Below are positions 55,005 through 64,000 of a stretch of DNA of 64,000 nucleotides, piece after piece. Position 1 is the stretch's first letter. Each line of letters starts with the position of its first letter. The DNA is taken from the NCBI GenBank assembly GCA_951406725.2, contig OX597818.1, positions 114,390,001 through 114,454,000 of the forward strand, given 5' to 3'. The position numbers and the translations under genes were made by a program. The stretch is from Octopus vulgaris (Eukaryota). A model generated the notes under the pieces. That model did no database searches. It worked only from the letters and a program-made list of their open reading frames with translations, and was not told where the DNA came from.

Positions 55005-55005
<1 letters not shown>

Positions 55006-55350
55006 ATAAAAAAAGAAAGAACATGTATGATAATCGACATAACATGCCCCCGGTGAAAATAGGATCAATGTGAAAGAAGAAAAAATAAAAAAAACAACTA
55101 TGTCAATTTAAAGTGGGAACTACAAAGGTTATGGTCAATGAGGAGAGCAGACTTGATACCAATAGGAATTGGTGCACTTGGAAGTATCAGCACTCAACTA
55201 CCAGCATGGCTGAAAAAGGTTGGTGCAAGTGTGAAGGTAGAACACCTACAAAAATCAGAATTGTTTGGAGCTGCAAGAATTCTTCGCAGGATTCTTGAAG
55301 CATGTAAACAAGTGTCACCTTAGTCTGCTGGCTGTGGAGAGCTGGCACTT
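55005..55350 (+). mobile_element. Another R4/Dong-type RLE fragment
   Basis: CMIIDITCP..IPIGIGALGSI..EHLQKSELFGAARILRRIL. Confidence 0.8.
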
Positions 55351-55663
55351 TCATAGCAGCCCAAGATCAATGCCTACTTACAAGGAACTACCTACAATTT
55401 TACCTCCTCTTCTTACATAAGTTATTGTTTTCCTCAGTGTATTCTGCACAAGAGCATTACGAGTGTTAACGATTACTCTGCTCCCATTTATTTATAATAT
55501 GGATTTTCCATTTCCTAAATCGTCTATTGACAGATTTATACTTTCTTGTGTTTGCTTGACTACAGTTGCGAATTCGATTGGCCGAGAATTGTAATTTTTG
55601 TCCTTTTCAGTGACTGGGTTGACGTTAATGGTGGTAGTGACGGCGATGGTGATTGAATTTTCA

Positions 55664-56265
55664 GAAGGCGGCGAGCTGGCAGAAACGTTAGCACGCCGGG
55701 CGAAATGCTTAGCAGTATTTCGTCTGCCGCTACGTTCTGAGTTCAAATCCCGCCGAAGTCGACTTTGTCTTTCATCCGTTCGGAGTCGATTAAATAAGTA
55801 CCAGTTACGCACTGGCGTCGATACAATCAACTCAATCCGTTTGTCTGTACTTGTTTGTCTCCTCTATGTTTAGCCCCCTGTGGGCAATAAAGAAATAGGT
55901 ATTTCGTCTGCCGCTACGTTCTGAGTTCAAATTCCGCCGAGGTCGACTTTGCCTTTCATCCTTTCGTGGTCGATTAAATAAGTACCAGTTACGCACTGGG
56001 GTCGATATAATTGACTTAATCCGATCGTCTGTCCTTGTTTGTCCTCTCTGTGTTTAGCCCCTTGTGGGTAGTAAAGAAATAGGTATTTCGTCCGTCGTTA
56101 CGTTCTGAGTTCAAATTCCGCCGAGGTCGACTTTGCCTTTCATCCTTTCGGGGTCGATTAAATAAGTACTAGTTACGCACTGGGGTCGATATAATCGACT
56201 TAATCCGATCGTCTGTCCTTGTTTGTCCTCTCTGTGTTTAGCCCCTTGTGGGTAGTAAAGAAATA
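55664..56265 (+). mobile_element. SINE family B trimer flanked by a single 16-bp TSD
   Basis: ggtgattgaattttca (55648-55663) and ggtggttgaattttca (56266-56281). Confidence 0.9.
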
Positions 56266-56796
56266 GGTGGTTGAATTTTCACGTGTTGTGTGGGAAAAAA
56301 TTCCTTTCTGTTTTCCTTGATTTTCTTGTTCATTGTTGTTGGTGCTCTGGTTGGCTTTTGTGATGGCGGTGGTGGTTATTGTTTTCACTTGATTTTTCTT
56401 TTATGTTTTGCCGGTGTTGGTGACTGTGATGAATTTGTTGCTGCTGCTAACACTGTCATTAACTTTGGCTGTTCTGTTGTGCGGATGAATGGATGTTATT
56501 TTCAACGGATAAACTATTCTCGTCTGCCAGCTTTCTTGTTTAAGCAAGCATTGAGGGGCATATGAGCCTAAAAACCTCCACCAAACTAGCCGGTAAGGGC
56601 TACAAATGGAGAAAAGCTTCCAAGCTCCCTAAGGTCCTGGTCAATTCATTTATGTAACGGTGACAGATGTACAGTATATAGCAAATAGATAAATACCAAC
56701 AAAATAACGGGAGTGATGCGTAAAACGTATTGATGATGTTGTAGAAATTTGCCTGAAACTATCTAATGCTGAATAATAATAATAATAATGATAATA

Positions 56797-56863
<67 letters not shown>

Positions 56864-56865
<2 letters not shown>

Positions 56866-57570
56866 CCCTGATGCAGTACCAGGCAGTGGCTCTCATGGCT
56901 TCTGATCTTAACTGATTGGAAGTGTTATCATGTACAATGTTTTGTCTTGGTATAAAAGATGGGCTACAGCAAATATTCTGCTCAATACTACAGATTTGCT
57001 TGTCAGTTGTTTGATGCCCTGATGCAGTACCAGGCAGTGGCTCTCATGGCTTCTGATCTTAACTGATTGGAAGTGTTATCATGTACAATGTTTTGTCTTG
57101 GTATAAAAGATGGGCTACAGCAAATATTCTGCTCAATACCACAGATTTGCTTGTCAGTTGTTTGACCTTAACCAGTTGAGCATGTCCCTTAGTGGCTGAC
57201 GATATGTGCATCTCTGATCACGAGCAGAAGTAGTGGGGGAGCATCATAGCCATGTGTTGAGAGGGATTCTTTGGGGTTTGAATAATTCACCTCTGGAAAC
57301 ATGGGTGGTTCTTTCAACATCCTTAAACAACCCTTATTCATGGACCTTTTGAGCGGGATGGGCTACTCAACCTGAAGAAAATTCTAACTGGGCCCCACCT
57401 GCAAGGTCATGTACTGTTTATCTTGATATGAGATCACCATGTCGCGCACATATGGTTGTGATGCATGTGCCTGGTGTACCCTTATCAGACGGGTAGTCAT
57501 GATGGGTATATTGGGCTTCGTATATTTTACCCCAGTGTCACTTTGATGGCATGAACTGCTCTCTCACTCA
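56864..57570 (+). mobile_element. Non-coding (AAT)n-associated element with a 151-bp 5' tandem duplication
   Basis: Starts and ends in (AAT)n. 56864-57014 is repeated from 57015. A second copy lies at 25430-25700. No ORF. Confidence 0.75.
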
Positions 57571-57572
57571 AT

Positions 57573-57618
<46 letters not shown>

Positions 57619-57759
57619 GTATATATATATACATACACATAGGTAGGTAGGTAGGTAGGTAGGTAATTACCAGCTTGCACACGTTGGCAACGATGGACGC
57701 CCTAAGGTCCAATGTGGGGATGGATTCCGTGCCTCTCGTGGCACAAATGACATAATTTT

Positions 57760-59150
57760 CGGTGTTAGACATCTCCAAAAGGAAAGTAGGGAACAATAAG
57801 AATCCATTTTCTTGTTTTCTAAGGCTTAGAAAAAAGGCTTTTGATAGCATTTCAAGAATTGTTATGTGGAAGGTTCTTCATAATTTTGGATATTCTAATA
57901 ATTATATCTCTCTGGTTCAAGCAATACCTGACGATATGTCTGGACGTGCATTCCACGAAAACATGCCAGAAAAAACTCCAATCACTTTCTGACTAAAACA
58001 AGAATGCATCTTGACACCTCTATTCTCTTTTTATATGGCTGCAATGCTTCACGAAGTTCCTCCAGACAATCCAAGAGTTGACATCAGATATCGACATGAT
58101 GGAGGGCTTTTCAATCTTTGTAGATTTCAGTCTAAACATCTAACACACATGCAGAAAATCTCAGAACTTCAATATGCTGGTGACAATACTGCCCCCTGCT
58201 ATTCAAAAGAACAACTTTGCTATGGTCTACCACCGCTTTGGGCTTACACTAAACATCAGGAACACCAAGGTCCTTGCATAACCAGCCCCAAATGCCATCT
58301 CACCAGATTTTGATGTTACCATCTCGGATACACCTTTTCCAGAAAGTAGAACAGTTTCCATATCTTGGCAGCCTTTTATAAAACAAGTGTACATCAGAAA
58401 AGGATGTGTAACACAAGTTGGAGCTGCAGACGCGGCATTTGTAAAGTTAACCAAACGCATCTCCAACAACAAAGATCTTAAATTAAGAACGAAAATTAAG
58501 ATTTATAATGCTGTTGTCATCTCATTCTTACTATATGGCCGCGAAACCTGGATTCTATATAGTCGCAACCTCCAAAAGTTAGAACTCTTTGACTAACAAA
58601 AGCTTCTTTCAATCTTAAGCACCAAATGGGAACACTATGTGACCAACAACAAAGTCCTGGAAAGAGTCAACAGTCAAAGTATCGAATCGTGGACCATGAA
58701 GAACCGTGTTCGATGGTCAGGATATGTAGCAAAACTGGACGAGTCAAGGTTCTTACGCCAAATTTTATTCAGTGAACTCACTTCAGGAAAAAAAAAAGAC
58801 CCCGAGTTGCCCTCGTCGAAGATACAAAGACCAATTCAAAGCAACAGTGAAAGCGACTGGAATTGGGCCTAAACCGTTTGAAACACAAACCGGAAACCGT
58901 ACCATGTGGTGTTCCATCAACATCGGAACCCCAAACTTCAAAGGTACCAGAATAGTAAAAGAAGAAATCGGGCGACAGGTGAGAAAGGCTTGACCAAATC
59001 AAGCTCGTCCTGCACCAACATTACCATACAGTCAATGCCATCGACTCTTCTATGCAAGAATTGGTCTACAGAGCTCTCAACGGCATCACCATAAAGGAAG
59101 CTTTGAGCAAGGAAGAAACTAAATACTCGGATTCGAGATAAGGCTGATGA
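57760..59150 (+). mobile_element. Decayed RTE/BovB-like LINE 3' half
   Basis: KKAFDSI..LWKVL-like, LKQECILTPLFS, ELQYAGD, LRTKIKIYNAVVISFLLYGRETW, RWSGYVAKLDESR, single degenerate finger QCHRLFYARIGLQS. Confidence 0.85.
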
Positions 59151-59381
59151 CGTTAGATTAATGTAAATCTCAGCAGTTTCCTTTTAATGCACATCTGTTT
59201 GTTCCATTACTACAATCAATATGTATCCATTATCACTGTTGTATGTAAATGAAAACACACACAATAAAATTGAGGATTATAGAAATATTAATAGCAGAGT
59301 TGTTGTATAAACAAAACAGCAAAATGGAAATGGCTTGGTATGATTCCTTCTCCACATTACAAGTGCTTAATTTTGCACCAG

Positions 59382-59570
59382 GAATCACAAAGATTTACAT
59401 GCTATATGGCCATGTAAGGGATCTCCTGTTAGAGAAGTCATCAGGCAGAGAGAACTTTTTTATGTAAATGTTTTTATCAATCTTTGATAAAATAATTTTT
59501 CTGTCTGACGATTTCTCTAATAGGAAATTCCTTACATGACTATATAACAGGTAAATCTTTGTGGTTCCTA
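59382..59570. repeat. Imperfect inverted repeat, ~80-bp arms
   Basis: ggaatcacaaagatttacatgc... versus ...aggtaaatctttgtggttcc. Confidence 0.8.
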
Positions 59571-59633
59571 TTGGAAAATGAAACATATGTAATGGAGAAT
59601 AGATAATACCAAAACATTTTCCTCTTTTTTATA

Positions 59634-59680
<47 letters not shown>

Positions 59681-59687
59681 CATATAC

Positions 59688-59744
<57 letters not shown>

Positions 59745-59869
59745 TATACATGTATGTATATATATACGTATGTATACACACACACGCACACACAGATGTA
59801 TATATAGCTGCATCAGTTAAATTTACACACATACATATAGACGAGATTACGTGCACATACACTCATATA

Positions 59870-59938
<69 letters not shown>

Positions 59939-60112
59939 TATACATAAATACATATATATATATATATATATATACCCGCCGACAAGACTGGGAACTGGTA
60001 TAAGCTAGACTACCAAACCTACAAATCGCTCATCATGAGGGAACTTAGCAAAAAGTATAAAACTACTTCTACGGATAACCTTAAGGAAATTAATTACAAA
60101 ATCTAGGAAGTT

Positions 60113-60955
60113 ATGAGCAAATTAGACCTCCTGGACAGAACAGAACCTATTAAACCGCAAGTACCCAAAATTACTATTAAAGACCATAAGAAAGACTTCC
60201 CAGATAGTGTAGGAGTACGATTAATCTGTCCGACTAAATCGGATATCGGCAGACTTAGCAAGACCATCCTGGACAAGGTGATCCCACACATCAAACCCCA
60301 CATCCCACTCCAACTATGGATTAATACCAGCGATGTGCTAGAATGGTTTAACACTATCACCAATAGGCCCGACTACTCATTCATCCAATTCGACATAGCT
60401 AGCTACTACGCCAGTATATCCCCCATCTTACTTAACAAATCCCTTATTTTTGCCCGCAACCTTTCACTCATAGACAGAGAAAAAATTGACATAATTCTAT
60501 TAGCTAGAAAAACCATAATAGAATTCGACGGTAGACTCTGGACCAGATCCGATACCCCCGACAATTTCGATGTGGCTATGGGCTCGAGTGATTCAGCTCA
60601 GGTGACTGACTTGGTCGGGGCCTACCTGCTCAAGAAGCTTTTCTCCGAGGTACCGGATCTTCAGGGGGGTCTATACAGAGACGACGCTCTCTTCATATAT
60701 CCCACCAACAATAGGAGTAAACTAGAAAGAATTAGGAAAAAGATCAGGCTTTTTTTCAAATCCTTCAATCTTAAACTAGAATTTATGACCAATACTAAAA
60801 TAGTTAACTTCTTAGATGTTACGTTAGATTTGAATAAGCACCTTCACTACCCGTATAGGAAACCAGAAGAAACTACCAAATACATCCATACCTCTTCCAA
60901 CCATCCACCCTGTATAATTAGCCATCCACAATCCAAGCCATCTCAGACAGACTGA
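60113..60955 (+). pseudogene. Penelope-like reverse transcriptase domain (frameshifted at 3' end)
   Basis: 280-aa ORF with YRDD. Continues in another frame as AISDRLTKLSSNREIF..YNQALYSAGY. Confidence 0.9.
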
Positions 60956-61685
60956 CAAAACTATCCTCTAATAGAGAAATTTTCAATAATCATGCACAAC
61001 ACTACAACCAGGCTCTCTATAGTGCCGGGTATAACCAGAGAATATCATATGTAGACCAACCGGGAGCGTCCGTCGACCATAAGACTCCCAATTATAATCG
61101 AACTCAGCACTCAACTCACACTACCGATAAGTCCAATTCAAACTCCAAACAACGTATAGGAAATAGGCGAACTAATAGAACAGCACACAATAGTAACCCT
61201 CCTGACGAGAACAATATAGATCCTATTAGGAGAAATAGAAGGGATAATAGTAGATTACGCAAATATATATGGTTCAACATACCTTTCAACTTAGCAGTTA
61301 GGGGTAAGTTATGTAAGAGAATATTCTCTACAATTTCCAGCAACTTCCCACCCACCCACAAATATAGAAGTATCTTCTCCAACAAAACTATTAGGATTTC
61401 CTACTCTACCCTGCCCAACATGAGCTGCCTCCTAGCTAAACATAACTATATTAATATTAGAACAGCTAGATCAAGAGCAAACCATAGCGACCAACAGAAC
61501 CCCCCCATCTAGACAGTAGGCAATATAACCAGACTGGCAGCCATACTACCCAAGCAGTTAGTAATAACACCCGCCAACACAACAGAGGAAATACTACACC
61601 CATCAACAACCAGGAGGATACCAACGCCCCCACTCGTATTGCAACACCTCCGCCTGGGATTAGCAGCACACGACCGAATAATGCA

Positions 61686-62117
61686 ATGCAATGCAACTGC
61701 AGATGCGCATCAGAGTGCCCGCTGCAGGGCGCATGCAGGGCGAAAAACGTAATATACTCATGTGAGGTGAGTACTCAGTTTAACACACTCACCTATATTG
61801 GTTGCTCAACCTCCTGGAAATCCAGATACTACAACCACCGGTCCTCGCTGAGACATAGACATAAGGCTAACAGCACCTCCCTCTCTAAAAGAATTTGGGA
61901 ATTAAAAGACAAATGCATAGGCTTCAAACTCAGATGGTCCATCATCGGATCAGCTGCACCTTATTTAAATAATAGAGCAGGATGCCAACTATGCTGTGTA
62001 GAACTCCTGAACATTTTGAAATTCAAAGACAAACACAATCTTATTAACAAAAGGTCAGAGTTCAAACCATCCTGTATACATAAACTTATTAATACTTTCA
62101 AATACTACAATGCTTAG
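61686..62117 (+). pseudogene. GIY-YIG endonuclease domain of the Penelope-like element
   Basis: VIY...YIG motif, conserved Arg, Glu and Asn, Cys-rich flanks. Confidence 0.9.
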
Positions 62118-63733
62118 GTCTTATACCAACTCCCCCATGCTATTTCCTCCCACCCGGTGCAACCTGTCGGCTCCAGCACATCCCGCTTTCCTATATGTGC
62201 GTGTGTATGTGTGTGTGTGTGTGTGTGTGCGTGTGTATGTGCGCATACGTGTACGTATGTGTACATATACATATATATATATATGTGTGCCACCTCCATC
62301 TCATGTTAAACTTTACAAAATTATATTTTTACCTTATTTTTTTATTTTATTTTATTTTATTTTTATTTTTATTTTTATTTTTACTTTTATCCTACTTCCT
62401 TTTATTTTTATTTTTAATTTTATTTTTACTTTTATTCTACTTCCATTTACTCTCATTTTCATTTTCATCCCTTACCTTAACTCTTATAACCCTTATAATT
62501 CTTATATTTCATTTCTAACTATTACATTGTATTTCTTATTTTATACTGTATATTTTATTTCTAATATTTACCCTTACCCTCATTCTTACCCCTAATTTAT
62601 CGCTTTACACCTCTATATATGTTTATTTACTTACCTATGGATCCGCCTTTTGAGTATGCGAGCGTCCGCGTACGTGTGTATGCGCATACATACATATGCG
62701 CGCGCGTATATGTACATGCATACTTCGATATCTTATGGCTATACCCATGTGCGCGTGTGTGTATATGAGTGTATATGTGCACGCACATACGGACACACAG
62801 CCGTGTGTGCGTGCGCGTATTAACATGAGTACGGGATTCTTTACATACGTTCTTATACACATCCTTTAATACCTTATACCTAGACCTAGAGGCGTGGGCA
62901 TATACGTGTGTGTATGTAGTGAGGGGCGCGCGTATATACATGTGAGCGTGTACGCGCGTAATGCCCGTCTATATATGCGGATATTCTGTTGTATGTATGT
63001 GTGTGTGCGCGCGTGCGTGTGGGTGCGTGTGTGTTTATGTACGGGTTTATACGCGAGTGCGTGTGTATGCTTATAGGCTTGGAGACGTATATGTACGCGT
63101 GTATGTGGGTGTATGTATCCATGATGATATGTATGTACTGGAAGTCCATTTAATTCAAGGAACCAGATTAAATTCTCATCAGCTCTGATTTACGACGAAA
63201 CTGTTAATTTACTGACAGTTCTACAACTAAGTTTTATCAATCTCCTGACCACCATGCTTGGTCCGCGACCTCTATACATCCCTTATCTTTACATTCTTTT
63301 ACACTTTTATCATGTTTTTATCAGGTTCTTTTACTTCTTTTACTATTATTTCCATTTCTATTTTTACTTTACAACCTTATGCCTTTACATTTATTTATAT
63401 TTCTTTATAGTTCTTTATACCCCCTTTACATCTCCTTACAACTCTTTATATCTTTATCCTCTACATTTTTATATTATTCTATACGTACATTTTTTATATA
63501 TATTTTTTATCCCTCGTCCCGAACTCTCGCCCCTCCATCTTCACCTCTATATACGTATTTATTCATTTACATTACCTCAACATCCAAGTTTCCTCATTCT
63601 ACATTGAGAGAAGAAAGAGATGGACGCTTCAATTCTATGCTGCTGCCGCATTATGTCGTACGTGAACGAGAGGATTTGCATCCCCAACCAAGAATTTTTG
63701 ATGTAACACATGTCCTTGTGGAAGCTGTTGTGC

Positions 63734-63811
63734 GCGGCTGAAGAAGGCCACAGACATACATTATGCTTTGTTATAAATCTGTCTAATAAAGGCCCGAAAC
63801 ATATGTACCGC
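63734..63811 (+). ncRNA. Type-I hammerhead ribozyme at the 3' end of the Penelope-like element
   Basis: gcgg-CTGAAGA-aggcc[41 nt]ggccc-GAAA-catatg-TA-ccgc. GUA triplet (cut after 63807), palindromic stem III. Confidence 0.85.
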
Positions 63812-63850
63812 TGAATCCTTCGCCTCATGTTTTTATTTTTATTTTGATCA

Positions 63851-63900
<50 letters not shown>

Positions 63901-64000
63901 ATAATAAATATTAGGGAATAAATCCAAATTTACAGGGAAAAAATCAGATTTAGGATTAAATCCAATTTTATAGTAAAATATTATAAAATATTATTAGAGA

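Larger units (their letters stand above)
59975..63850 (+). mobile_element. 5'-truncated Penelope-like retroelement (RT + GIY-YIG), flanked by (TA)n
   Basis: RT motifs VRLICP, FDIASYYASI, DVAMGSSDSA, LYRDD, NFLDVTLDL, SSNHPP; linker YIWFNIPF..ISYSTLPNM; nuclease CNC..CPLQGAC..VIYSC..YIG..R..NH..CQLC..E..INKR. Frameshifts near 60920 and ~61500. Confidence 0.92.

Overview
AT-rich, microsatellite-dense eukaryotic DNA. The SINE families and repeat landscape suggest an octopus/coleoid cephalopod (inference). Almost all ORFs in the supplied track are microsatellite or transposon noise. One well-supported host gene is missed as a whole by the ORF track. It has three coding exons on + (10474-10543, 13653-13747, 14711-14770) that splice with GT-AG junctions into a 74-aa protein: signal peptide, ~32-aa Ser/Thr-rich core with three N-glycosylation sequons, and a hydrophobic C-terminus, i.e. 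a CD24/CD52-style GPI-anchored micro-mucin architecture. The rest is mobile DNA: three tRNA-derived SINE families (one occurring as head plus tandem ~180-bp bodies), CR1-, RTE- and R4/Dong-type LINE fragments, mariner/Tc1 relics, a non-autonomous Helitron, and a Penelope-like element (RT + GIY-YIG). I also read eight minimal type-I hammerhead ribozyme motifs (five with near-canonical cores), many local inverted repeats, and a near-identical 5.1-kb tandem duplication that starts at the apex of a ~640-bp palindrome, with a SINE insertion in the second copy only. All calls were made by eye, and transposon boundaries are approximate.
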